This document shows, in pieces, positions 1-9,287 of a stretch of DNA of 64,000 nucleotides; within the stretch, counting starts at the first letter, position 1, and every line of letters begins with the position of its first letter. Made by a program: the position numbers and the translations under genes. The DNA comes from Chthonomonadales bacterium (lineage in GTDB: Bacteria; Armatimonadota; Chthonomonadetes; Chthonomonadales; CAJBBX01): NCBI GenBank assembly GCA_049967475.1, contig JBMFSQ010000006.1:84795-148794 (forward strand), read 5' to 3'. The notes beneath the pieces were generated by a model. That model was not told the DNA's origin, searched no databases, and saw nothing but the letters and a program-made list of their open reading frames with translations.

Positions 1-501
1 AACCTCATCAAGAAGGTCTATTTCCCTCGCCTCGCCGTTCCCATCGCCACGGTGCTTTCGGGTGTGGTGGATTTCGCGCTGGCCTTCGCCGTGCTCGTGG
101 GGATGATGCTTTATTACGGCATCCGTCCCGGTCTGGGAGTGGTCTGGCTTCCTGCGTTCCTCCTTCTTGCACTGGTTACGTCACTGGGCGTGGGGCTGTG
201 GCTTTCGGCGCTGAATGTGCAATACCGGGACGTGCGGTATGTGGTCCCCTTCATAACCCAGTTTTGGATGTTTGCTACCCCCATCGCGTATCCAAGCTCA
301 TTGCTGAGCGCCAAATGGCGCACGATTTACGGACTGAACCCCATGGCAGGTGTCGTGGAGGGGTTCCGCTGGGCGCTCATCGGCAAGACACCGGCGCCTG
401 GGCCGCTGATCCTGGCCTCGGCACTGGCCGCTTTGGCCTTGCTGGTGAGCGGCGCGTTTTACTTCCGCCGAATGGAGCGAACCTTTGCAGACGTGGTTTG
501 A
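1..501 (+). CDS. wzm: ABC-2 polysaccharide export permease (Wzm), 5'-truncated by window
   Basis: Frame open from base 1 (NLIKKVYFPR...); multiple TM segments; 'YRDVRYVVPFITQFWMFATPIAYP', 'LNPM', C-terminal 'ERTFADVV' typical of Wzm/RfbA. Confidence 0.93.
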   Translation, partial: NLIKKVYFPRLAVPIATVLSGVVDFALAFAVLVGMMLYYGIRPGLGVVWLPAFLLLALVTSLGVGLWLSALNVQYRDVRYVVPFITQFWMFATPIAYPSSLLSAKWRTIYGLNPMAGVVEGFRWALIGKTPAPGPLILASALAALALLVSGAFYFRRMERTFADVV

Positions 502-1504
502 GGACCGGTGCTTCATTATTGGAGAGGTGGCTCAGGCCCATGACGGCAGCCTCGGCATGGCTCACGCTTACATTGATGCGGTGGCCAAGGCAGGTGCTGA
601 TGCCGTGAAGTTCCAGACGCACATCGCAGCCGCCGAGTCCACCCCGGGGGAGCCGTGGCGCGTGAAGTTCAGCCCCCAGGATGCCACACGCTACGATTAT
701 TGGCGGCGCATGGAGTTTACCGAGGAACAGTGGCGTGGGCTCAAGGAGCATGCAGAGGACAAAGGCCTTGTATTTCTGAGCTCTCCCTTTTCGCATGAAG
801 CTGTGGAGATGCTCGAGCGCGTCGGCGTAGCTGCGTGGAAGGTGGCTTCGGGGGAACTGAACAACCTGCCCCTGTTTGAGCGGATGCTTGACACGGGTAT
901 CCCCTTCCTGCTCTCTTCCGGGATGAGCCCGCTCGAAGAACTGGATCGAGCCGTCCGGGCAGTGCGTGCGCGGGGTGTCCCCTTTGCGGTACTCCAATGT
1001 ACGTCGGCCTATCCGTGCCCGCCTGAGCGGCTGGGCCTCAATATGATCCCGTTGCTGGCGGAGAGGTACAAATGCCCGGTGGGCCTCTCGGATCACTCGG
1101 GGACGATCTACTCCGGGCTGGCTGCTGTAGTTTTGGGGGCGCGCGTTTTGGAAGTGCACGTAACGATGAGCCGCGAAATGTTCGGGCCCGATGTTGTGGC
1201 CTCCGTTACGACCTCCGAGCTGAGGGATCTCGTGCAGGGAGTTCGGTTCATAGAAAAGGCCCTAGCCTCACCCGTGGATAAGGACGCTATGGCCGCAGAA
1301 TTGGCGCCTTTGCGCAGCCTCTTCACCAAAAGCATCGTTCTCAAGCGAGATCTGCCCGAAGGCACAGTGCTTTCGGACGAGCATCTGGCATTCAAAAAAC
1401 CGGGAACAGGCATTCCGGCGGCTGAGGCTTCTAAGGTCGTGGGGCGCCGCCTCCGAAGGTCTGTAGCCGCAGACACACTGCTTAGCGAGGATGACCTTGA
1501 GTAA
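485..1504 (+). CDS. neuB: N-acetylneuraminate/nonulosonate synthase family with C-terminal SAF domain
   Basis: IIGEVAQAHDG, DAVKFQ, KVASGE, GLSDHS, EVHVT motifs; SAF-type 'KSIV...KKPGTGI' tail; exact start uncertain (TTG). Confidence 0.93.
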   Translation: MQTWFEDRCFIIGEVAQAHDGSLGMAHAYIDAVAKAGADAVKFQTHIAAAESTPGEPWRVKFSPQDATRYDYWRRMEFTEEQWRGLKEHAEDKGLVFLSSPFSHEAVEMLERVGVAAWKVASGELNNLPLFERMLDTGIPFLLSSGMSPLEELDRAVRAVRARGVPFAVLQCTSAYPCPPERLGLNMIPLLAERYKCPVGLSDHSGTIYSGLAAVVLGARVLEVHVTMSREMFGPDVVASVTTSELRDLVQGVRFIEKALASPVDKDAMAAELAPLRSLFTKSIVLKRDLPEGTVLSDEHLAFKKPGTGIPAAEASKVVGRRLRRSVAADTLLSEDDLE

Positions 1505-2744
1505 CGGAGCGCTTCGGAAGGTCTGCGTGGTGCTGGTGGATCGCGCGAACTACGGCCGCCTCAAGCCGGTGATGCGCGCGATCCAGAGTCACCCGAACCT
1601 GGAACTTCAGGTGCTGGCCGCCGGAACGATGGTGCTGGAACGCTTCGACCTACCTGTGCGGGTGGTCCGGGAACACGGCTTTCCTGTTGACGGCGAAATC
1701 TACATAGAGCTGGAAGGCTCCACGCCATCCAGTATGGCCAAGTCCGTGGGTTTTGGCGTTGTGGAGTTTGCCAGCGAGTTTCAGCGCCTCAAACCCGACC
1801 TCGTGTTGCTCATCGGCGATCGGTACGAGGCGCTTGCCGCGGCTATCGCAGCCGCCTATATGAACCTTTGCATCGTCCATATCCAGGGGGGTGAAGTGTC
1901 CGGCTCCATAGATGAGAGCGCGCGGCACGCCATTACCAAGTTCGCCCATTACCACTTCCCGTCCACACGGCGCTCGGCAGAATACATCGTGAGGATGGGC
2001 GAGGACCCGGCGACCATTCTTGGAGTGGGATGCCCCAGCAGTGATATCGCCCGGGAGTTGGATCGCGCCCTGCGGCCCGAAGTGCTTAACAGTCGCGGAT
2101 CCGGAGCGGTCATAGACGCTTCCCGGCCCTTCCTCTTGGTGATCTTTCACCCGACGACCACGGAATTCGGAGGCGAGCAGAAGCAGATGCAGGAGCTTCT
2201 GAGCGCGCTCAAGACGCTCGCCACCCAAACCGTTCTGTTGTGGCCAAACATAGACGCCGGGGCAGATCATGTAAGCAAAGCCATTCGCACCTTCCGTGAC
2301 CGCAACAAGCCATGGTGGCTTCGTACCGTGATCAACCTGCCGCCGGAAGATTATCTGCGTGTCCTCGCGAACGCCGCGTGCGCCGTGGGGAACTCCAGCA
2401 GCTTCGTGCGGGATGCGAGCTACTTCGGTACCCCCGTTGTTTTGGTGGGCAACCGTCAAGACGGGCGCGAGACCGACGTGCATGTGATGCGGGTGCCGCC
2501 TTCGGCTGAAGCCATTGTGGAGGGTGTGCGTCGTCAACTGAGCCACGGTAGGTATTCTCCCAGCGACCTTTACGGCGACGGCCATGTGGCCGAGCGCATC
2601 GCGGAGGCACTCGCCACGCTCCGCCCTTACGTTCAAAAGCGGCTGTATTATATTCGCGACGGGAATGGCGCCGCCAGCTCGGAGGCAGCCGCTGCTGCGC
2701 CCGTGTCCTCCCCCGTGGGAGCAGCAGAGTTGAGCCTGGAATGA
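1491..2744 (+). CDS. neuC: UDP-N-acetylglucosamine 2-epimerase (hydrolysing)
   Basis: DRANYG, GDRYE, HIQGGEVSGSIDE, RHAITK, GNSSS, GNRQ, YGDG motifs; lies between neuB and neuA. Confidence 0.92.
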   Translation: MTLSNGALRKVCVVLVDRANYGRLKPVMRAIQSHPNLELQVLAAGTMVLERFDLPVRVVREHGFPVDGEIYIELEGSTPSSMAKSVGFGVVEFASEFQRLKPDLVLLIGDRYEALAAAIAAAYMNLCIVHIQGGEVSGSIDESARHAITKFAHYHFPSTRRSAEYIVRMGEDPATILGVGCPSSDIARELDRALRPEVLNSRGSGAVIDASRPFLLVIFHPTTTEFGGEQKQMQELLSALKTLATQTVLLWPNIDAGADHVSKAIRTFRDRNKPWWLRTVINLPPEDYLRVLANAACAVGNSSSFVRDASYFGTPVVLVGNRQDGRETDVHVMRVPPSAEAIVEGVRRQLSHGRYSPSDLYGDGHVAERIAEALATLRPYVQKRLYYIRDGNGAASSEAAAAAPVSSPVGAAELSLE

Positions 2745-3454
2745 GCATGCGGGTGCTGGGCGTAATTACGGCACGGGGAGGCTCGAAGGGGGTGCCGCGC
2801 AAGAACCTGCACTCCCTGGGCGGCAAGCCGCTTTTGGCGTACACGTGTGTGGCAGCCCTCCAATCCAAGCGGCTGAGCCGCGTGATCCTTACCACAGAGG
2901 ACGACGAAATCGCTCGCACAGGGCGCCAATGGGGTGTAGAGGTTCCTTTCTTGCGCCCCATGGAACTCGCGTTGGATACCACACCCACCCTCCCGGTCCT
3001 CCAACATGCCGTTACCTGGCTGGAGGAGAGGGGGGACCGATACGATGCAGTGTGCCTCCTTCAACCCACAAACCCCTTGCGGCCCCCGGAGTGGATAGAC
3101 AAGTGCATCGAGCTGCTGGAAGAGCGGAGGGCCGATTGCGTGATCACAGTCTTACCCGTACCTCCGGAGTACAATCCGCATTGGGTGTACTTTGAACACG
3201 ATGGATGCCTGTACTTGGCGACCGGAGAGAAGACGCCCGTACCGCGCCGCCAGGACCTGCCGGCGGCCTTTCACCGGGAGGGCAGCGTTTATGTGATGCG
3301 CCGGGATGTCCTTATGGAGCAGAATTCTCTTTTTGGGGATTGCGTGGTTGGGTACGCGGTAGATCCCTCGGTATCGGTGAACATAGACGGCCTGGAGGAT
3401 TTCGAGCGGGCGGAGGAATTGCTGGCCAAGGCAGGGTTTGCATGTGTGGAATAG
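2741..3454 (+). CDS. neuA: CMP-N-acylneuraminate cytidylyltransferase
   Basis: ARGGSKGVPRKN, LLQPTNPLR, C-terminal 'VNID' motif. Confidence 0.93.
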   Translation: MSMRVLGVITARGGSKGVPRKNLHSLGGKPLLAYTCVAALQSKRLSRVILTTEDDEIARTGRQWGVEVPFLRPMELALDTTPTLPVLQHAVTWLEERGDRYDAVCLLQPTNPLRPPEWIDKCIELLEERRADCVITVLPVPPEYNPHWVYFEHDGCLYLATGEKTPVPRRQDLPAAFHREGSVYVMRRDVLMEQNSLFGDCVVGYAVDPSVSVNIDGLEDFERAEELLAKAGFACVE

Positions 3455-5175
3455 CCGCCATTGTGGGCGCCGGCGAGCACCCGGCCATCCGGCGCATGGT
3501 GGGTGTCCAAAAGCATCGCGGGCCCGATGCCGAGGGTGTGTGGAAAAGCCGGGACGGCCTCTGCTCTTTGGGACACTGCCGGCTTTCTGTGATTGACCTC
3601 TCCGACGCAGGCCGGCAGCCCATGCACAGCGCCGACGGCCGTTACCACATCGTGTATAACGGCGAGGTCTACAACTACCTCGAACTCCGCCAAGAGCTGG
3701 AAAGCACGGTGTCCTTTCGCACCGCTACCGACACGGAAGTGCTCCTGGCCGCCTATGCGCAATGGGGACCGGCATGCCTGCAACGGCTGCTGGGGATGTT
3801 TGCCTTCGCTATCTGGGATGACCGCAACAAGACCTTCTTCGCTGCTCGGGACCGCTTCGGCGTGAAGCCCCTGTATGTGCACGAGGACACAGGTCTCGTT
3901 CTCTTTGCCAGTGAGATAAAGGCCCTCCATGCAGCGGGTGTACCGCGAGAGCCCGATGAGGCCACGTGGGCAACGTATCTGGCCCTGGGAATGTACGACC
4001 ACACGGAAGCAACGTTCTGGAAGTTCATTCGGCAGGTGCCTCCCGGTCATTATGTAGAATGGACGCAGGCACAAGGTCTTCGGGTGCGGCGATGGTACGA
4101 TGCAGCAGAGGCCGTTCTGAATGCGGGAGAGGACCAGAGGTCGGACGAGGCAGTGGCGGACGAGCTCTTGGCGCTGCTGGAAGACACGGTTCGCCTGCGG
4201 TTCCGTGCCGACGTTCCTGTGGGCGTGTGCCTCTCCGGCGGGCTGGACTCATCGCTTCTGCTGGGCCTCATTCGCCGGGTCATGGGGACGGACACTTCCG
4301 TGCATGCATTCACGTTCGCGACGGGGGATGCCCGATATGATGAGGCGCCGTGGGTCCAGAAGATGCTGGCCAAGACGCTGCACCCATGGCATCTGTGCGT
4401 GCTTTGCCCCGACGAGGTTCCCGATCTCGCTTCGGAAGTTGCGCGCTTCCAGGATGAACCGTATGGCGGCTTGCCAACTCTGGGAATGGCGAAGGTGCAC
4501 CAGCAGGCCCGCGAGTGCGGAGTGGTGGTGCTTCTGGACGGCAACGGCATGGACGAAGCCTGGGCGGGATACGAGTACTATGCACGCGCCGGAAGGGTAG
4601 ATGCGGCATTGGGGCCGGTACAGGGTTCCCGCGGCCGAAGCGTGCTTCCGGATTGCCTCAATCCGGAGTTCCGGAAGTTGGCAAGGCCGTTTGTTCCCGA
4701 TGCTCCTTTTGAGGACGCCCTTCGGAACCTTCAGTACCGGGATTTGCGCCGCGCAAAGATACCCCGCGCGATGCGCTTTGCCGACCGTGTGAGCATGATG
4801 TTCAGCAGGGAACTCCGCGAACCATTTCTGGATCACCGCATCGTCGAGCTCGGTCTCCGCCAAAAGGCAGACCGGAAGATGCGCAACGGGGTGGGGAAGT
4901 GGCTTCCTCGGCAGGTGGCGGGTACACTCCTTCCGCCCAGTGTACAGGAGGCTCCGAAGCGGCCGGTTCAGACACCACAGCGGGAATGGCTCGCCGGTCC
5001 CCTTGCCCGATGGGCGGGCGAACTGATCGAGGCGGCGCTCGCAGGCAGGGGGGCTCAATGGCTGGATGCCGAAGCGGTGCGGCGGCATTGGCTGGATTAC
5101 CGCACGCATGGGGCAGACAACAGCTTTCCTATTTGGCAATGGATCTCCCTGGGTATGATGTGTGCGTCGCTATGA
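3442..5175 (+). CDS. asnB: Asparagine synthase-like glutamine amidotransferase (copy 1)
   Basis: Start reassigned to ATG 3442 giving N-terminal MCGI (Ntn Cys); HRGPD, NGEVYN, RDRFGVKPL, LSGGLDS, REPFLDHR. Confidence 0.92.
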   Translation: MCGIAAIVGAGEHPAIRRMVGVQKHRGPDAEGVWKSRDGLCSLGHCRLSVIDLSDAGRQPMHSADGRYHIVYNGEVYNYLELRQELESTVSFRTATDTEVLLAAYAQWGPACLQRLLGMFAFAIWDDRNKTFFAARDRFGVKPLYVHEDTGLVLFASEIKALHAAGVPREPDEATWATYLALGMYDHTEATFWKFIRQVPPGHYVEWTQAQGLRVRRWYDAAEAVLNAGEDQRSDEAVADELLALLEDTVRLRFRADVPVGVCLSGGLDSSLLLGLIRRVMGTDTSVHAFTFATGDARYDEAPWVQKMLAKTLHPWHLCVLCPDEVPDLASEVARFQDEPYGGLPTLGMAKVHQQARECGVVVLLDGNGMDEAWAGYEYYARAGRVDAALGPVQGSRGRSVLPDCLNPEFRKLARPFVPDAPFEDALRNLQYRDLRRAKIPRAMRFADRVSMMFSRELREPFLDHRIVELGLRQKADRKMRNGVGKWLPRQVAGTLLPPSVQEAPKRPVQTPQREWLAGPLARWAGELIEAALAGRGAQWLDAEAVRRHWLDYRTHGADNSFPIWQWISLGMMCASL

Positions 5176-5822
5176 GTGCGGGTCGTGACATAACCGCGGC
5201 GGCGGGTAGCCTCCACAAACGCTTTTCGGGGTATATCGGCGGTGAACACATTGCCAGCTTGCATGCACTCCACGGGCTCATGTGGTGGGTTCTCCGCCGC
5301 CGCCCGAGCACGATATTGGAAGTGGGCGCAGGCATCGGAACCCTCACCTCGGGGCTGCTATGGTCTGTTGAACGGATAGCGGCGGCGGGTGCAGCCAGGC
5401 CCATATTGATTTCGACCGAAGACAATGCCTTCTGCGTACAGCAGATTGCCAAGAACCTTGCCGATCAACTGGAGCGCTTCCACCTCATATCGGATATGGA
5501 CGCGTTTCCTCAAGGGGTCGCTTCCGTAGAGTTTGTAGTGATTGACGGCGGCGTGCTGGATGAGAGGTATTTCACCCGATTGGCCCCGCGAGGCGTAGTC
5601 TTCTTTGAGGGCTTTCGCGAAAAGCAGCGCAAGCTTCTCGAAAGCACGGTCAAAGGTCGTTCCTGGGTGCAGGCCAATTTCCGTTCGCGGGATCGCCGGG
5701 AGGGGTATTGGATCTATCAGTTGGAGCCGACATTTTGGGAGCGTATCTGGTTCGGCGCACGGAACCTGGGAGATCGCATCCGCCTTCGCGTGAAGCTCCT
5801 TCTGGGCAATCGAAGCAAGTGA
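5172..5822 (+). CDS. Putative class I SAM-dependent methyltransferase-like protein
   Basis: ATG overlaps asnB stop (ATGA); 'ILEVGAGIG' motif I and 'VVIDG'. Confidence 0.6.
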   Translation: MSAGRDITAAAGSLHKRFSGYIGGEHIASLHALHGLMWWVLRRRPSTILEVGAGIGTLTSGLLWSVERIAAAGAARPILISTEDNAFCVQQIAKNLADQLERFHLISDMDAFPQGVASVEFVVIDGGVLDERYFTRLAPRGVVFFEGFREKQRKLLESTVKGRSWVQANFRSRDRREGYWIYQLEPTFWERIWFGARNLGDRIRLRVKLLLGNRSK

Positions 5823-6046
5823 CGCTATGGGCGCAGCCGAAAGCGTGGCGGGAGCGCGGTTGGGAAGCAACCAGTTAGGAACCGTTTGAGCGGGCGTGCC
5901 CACATTCCGCGCTGGGCAAAAGATGCAAGGGCCAGTGCAGAGCGTCCGGTGGGAACCCGTGCGCATCGCAGCGGGTCAGATTGATGAGTTATGACGGGAA
6001 TGGCTCCGTCATCCAAGAAGTCTGCGACAGGCCGAGTGCTCACAAT

Positions 6047-7375
6047 ATGAGCGAAGTCGCAATTTCCGCAGAGGGGATCTCAAAGCGGTACCGCATCGGC
6101 GCATGCCAGGAGCGTTACCGCACCCTTCGGGACACGCTGGTAGACGGCGTGCTCGCGCCGTTCCGTGCTGTGGCTGCATTGGGCCGAGGGCGCCGAGGTG
6201 AGGGGGATGAGGACACCATCTGGTCCCTTCGCGATGTGTCGTTCCAGGTAGAAGCTGGTGAGGTAGTAGGCATCATTGGGCGGAACGGCGCCGGTAAGAG
6301 CACGCTGCTGAAGATCCTATCCAGAATTACGGAGCCGACGGAAGGGCATGCCAGGATCCACGGCCGGGTGGGCAGCCTGCTGGAGGTGGGCACCGGTTTT
6401 CACTTGGAGCTCACGGGGCGAGAGAACATCTACCTCAATGGAGCCATCCTCGGCATGAAGCGCCGCGAGATCGAGCGCAAATTCGATGAGATCGTGGATT
6501 TTGCAGAGGTGGCCAGGTTCATAGACACGCCCGTCAAGCACTATTCTACCGGGATGCATCTGCGCCTTGCCTTCGCCGTGGCCGCACATCTGGAGCCGGA
6601 TATCCTCCTTGTGGATGAAGTGCTGGCTGTGGGTGACTTGGCCTTCCAAAGGAAATGTTTGGGAAAGATGGAGAATGTAGCCGCCCATGGGCGCACCGTG
6701 CTCTTCGTGAGCCACAACTTGGGAGCTGTAAAGGAGCTATGCCAAACCAGCATCGTGCTGGAACAGGGACGCATCGTCTTCCGCGGCGATGTAGTTGAAG
6801 GCATCGCCCGCTATACGCAGGGGCTCGCCGCTCCTGCTTCCAGCGCCGACGCGCAGGCTACAGGGTGGATGGGCGTGTCCGTGTCCAGTTCTTCGGATGG
6901 ACCTATACCAGGAGGAGAACCCTTCCAGGCCGAGGCATACCTGGACGTTGCGGAGCCCCTGAATACTGCCACGCTCTACTGCATCGTGGACGACTCGAAC
7001 GGAAACTGCGTGGCCCACCACTTCATCAGAGCCCATGAAATGCTCGGTGGGCCTGTTACTCCCGGACGGTACCGTGTGGTGGCGCAATTTCCACCATTGT
7101 GGCTCGTTCCCGATGCATACACCGTGTCGTTCAAACTTATCGGCATGAACGCGCTGGGTTTTTCAGTTCGGCACGTGTCCGAGCGAGCGATCTTGGATGT
7201 AACCGATCTCACCGGCCAAATGGACGGCAAGGTGCGGGCCAGGCTCATCCCGCCGCTCGAGTGGAAGGTAGCGCCCGTTTCTGCGGCTACGGAGATCGTG
7301 CCGGCACTCGTAATCAATGGTCAGCATTCCCGCCAAGGGCAGGAGCCACGAAAGGCAGGCAGCAGCAATGCGTGA
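6047..7375 (+). CDS. wzt: Polysaccharide ABC transporter ATP-binding protein with C-terminal carbohydrate-binding domain
   Basis: Walker A GRNGAGKST, signature YSTGM, Walker B LLVDEVLAVGD, VSH; about 180 aa beta-rich C-terminal extension; start set at MSEVAI. Confidence 0.93.
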   Translation: MSEVAISAEGISKRYRIGACQERYRTLRDTLVDGVLAPFRAVAALGRGRRGEGDEDTIWSLRDVSFQVEAGEVVGIIGRNGAGKSTLLKILSRITEPTEGHARIHGRVGSLLEVGTGFHLELTGRENIYLNGAILGMKRREIERKFDEIVDFAEVARFIDTPVKHYSTGMHLRLAFAVAAHLEPDILLVDEVLAVGDLAFQRKCLGKMENVAAHGRTVLFVSHNLGAVKELCQTSIVLEQGRIVFRGDVVEGIARYTQGLAAPASSADAQATGWMGVSVSSSSDGPIPGGEPFQAEAYLDVAEPLNTATLYCIVDDSNGNCVAHHFIRAHEMLGGPVTPGRYRVVAQFPPLWLVPDAYTVSFKLIGMNALGFSVRHVSERAILDVTDLTGQMDGKVRARLIPPLEWKVAPVSAATEIVPALVINGQHSRQGQEPRKAGSSNA

Positions 7376-8576
7376 GTTGATACGCTGTTCGCGATGCGTA
7401 ATCCCAGAGACGCACGAGACAATCGTCTTCGACGAAGAGGGCGTCTGCAACATCTGCAGGCAGCACGAATTCAAGCAGACTGCCATAGATTGGGCCGCCA
7501 AGAAGCGCGAGTTGGATGAGCTCATCGAAGCGTATCGCGGCAAATACGAGTACGACTGCATCGTGCCGTTCAGCGGCGGTAAAGACAGCACGTGGACACT
7601 CTACTACTTGGTGAAGGAGTATCGAGTAAAGCCCCTGGTTGTGCGCTTCGACCATGGTTTTCTACGCCCCAACGTACAAGAGAACACGCAACGCGTACTG
7701 CGCACGCTCGGCGTGGACTTCCACCACTTCACGCCGAACTGGAAGGTTGTTCAGAAGTTGATGCTGCAGTCCTTTCTAGAGAAAGGAGACTTCTGCTGGC
7801 ACTGCCACACAGGCATCTTCGCTTATCCCATGTGGGTGGCCATCCGGTACAACGTACCGTTGGTGTTCTGGGGCGAACCATCGGCGGAATACAGCGCATA
7901 CTACAGCTATGATCAGCCGGAAGAGGTGGACGAGAAGCGTTTCAATCGGTATGTGAACCTGGGCATCACCGCTCAAGACATGTTCGTGAGGCTGGAAGGG
8001 AGCGTGGATGAAAGGGACCTGAAGCCATTCACCTATCCGCCCCTAAAGGAGTTGAGGCGCATCAATTACCGATCCGTGTGCCTCGGATCGTATATTCCGT
8101 GGGATGTGAAGAAGCAGGCCAAGATCATCGAGGATGAGTTGGGGTGGCGCGGCGATGAGGTGGAGAATGTTCCGCCCGGTTATGAGTACGAAAAGATCGA
8201 GTGCTATCTTCAAGGGGTCCGGGACTATATCAAGTATATCAAGCGCGGATATACACGGCCTGCACACCTGGCGTCCTTGGACATCAGGAACCATCGTCTA
8301 ACACGCGACGAGGCAATGGAGATTGTGCGCCGATATGAAGGGAAGCGGCCGCCGAGTTTGGACCTCTTCCTGCAGTATGTAGGGCTTACAGAGGAGGAGT
8401 TCCTGCAGATTGCCATGGGACACGGCGTGTCGCCCTATCGGCATGATCCTGCCTCCACAGAACCGGGGCAGAAGGTGCATGATTATGACCAATGGCCGCG
8501 CCACGGTTTTATGCCCAGGGAACAGGCAGAAGAACAATTGCGGCGATGGAAGCGGCGCACGCAAGGCAAGGTGTGA
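7368..8576 (+). CDS. N-acetyl sugar amidotransferase (WbuX/PseA-like acetamidino synthase)
   Basis: N-terminal CxxC...CxxC, PP-loop SGGKDS, CWHC, WGE, 'YIKYIKRGYTR'; followed by hisH/hisF paralogs. Confidence 0.88.
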   Translation: MRELIRCSRCVIPETHETIVFDEEGVCNICRQHEFKQTAIDWAAKKRELDELIEAYRGKYEYDCIVPFSGGKDSTWTLYYLVKEYRVKPLVVRFDHGFLRPNVQENTQRVLRTLGVDFHHFTPNWKVVQKLMLQSFLEKGDFCWHCHTGIFAYPMWVAIRYNVPLVFWGEPSAEYSAYYSYDQPEEVDEKRFNRYVNLGITAQDMFVRLEGSVDERDLKPFTYPPLKELRRINYRSVCLGSYIPWDVKKQAKIIEDELGWRGDEVENVPPGYEYEKIECYLQGVRDYIKYIKRGYTRPAHLASLDIRNHRLTRDEAMEIVRRYEGKRPPSLDLFLQYVGLTEEEFLQIAMGHGVSPYRHDPASTEPGQKVHDYDQWPRHGFMPREQAEEQLRRWKRRTQGKV

Positions 8577-8646
8577 AGCATCCGCGTCGGGCGCCGCTCC
8601 TGCATAACCCGGAGTGCCTCGCCCGCCCCGCGGCCTAAGAAGAGCC

Positions 8647-9270
8647 ATGGCCCAGAAGGTGGTTATTGTGGACTACGGCATGGGAAACCTTCTTTCGGTC
8701 TTCCATGCCTTCGAGATGGTGGGTGCGGAGGCGGTCGTAACGCGCGACGCACACGAGATTCTCAGCGCCGATCGCGTGGTCCTTCCCGGTGTGGGAGCGT
8801 TCGGTGATTGCATGACGAACCTCCGGCGCTTCGGTTTGATAGAGGTTCTGAATAAAGTGCGCGAGAGCGGGCGGCCGGTGCTGGGCATCTGTTTGGGCAT
8901 GCAGGCCATGGCAGCGTGGAGTGACGAGGGAGGCCGCCATGAAGGTCTCGGATGGTTCGATGCCGGCGTTGTTCGCTTGACGCCTTCCGATACCGCCTAC
9001 AGGGTCCCGCACGTTGGATGGAACGACATTCGGTGGCGCCGCGAAAGCCCCCTTTTTGCCGGTTTGCCTGACAACCCCGATTTCTATTTCGTGCACTCCT
9101 ATGCCGTGCGCTGCGCTTCCCCTGGCGATGTGGAAGCCGAGTGCGACTACGGCGGTATCTTCACAGCCGCAGTTCGTAAAGAGAACCTATTCGCCACCCA
9201 GTTCCACCCGGAGAAGAGCCAGGACTACGGCCTTCAACTCCTTGCCAATTTCCTGGACTGGAAGCCGTAG
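8647..9270 (+). CDS. HisH-like glutaminase subunit (WbuY-like)
   Basis: DYGMGN, LPGVG, GICLGMQ (catalytic Cys), PHVGWN, QFHPEKS. Confidence 0.92.
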   Translation: MAQKVVIVDYGMGNLLSVFHAFEMVGAEAVVTRDAHEILSADRVVLPGVGAFGDCMTNLRRFGLIEVLNKVRESGRPVLGICLGMQAMAAWSDEGGRHEGLGWFDAGVVRLTPSDTAYRVPHVGWNDIRWRRESPLFAGLPDNPDFYFVHSYAVRCASPGDVEAECDYGGIFTAAVRKENLFATQFHPEKSQDYGLQLLANFLDWKP

Positions 9271-9287
9271 TCCGGCCGGTTGCTGGA

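Noticed and set aside
3205..3441. N-terminal extension of asnB copy 1 in the ORF track
   Set aside because: Ntn amidotransferases need Cys at position 2; the true start is MCGI at 3442 and the extension overlaps neuA.
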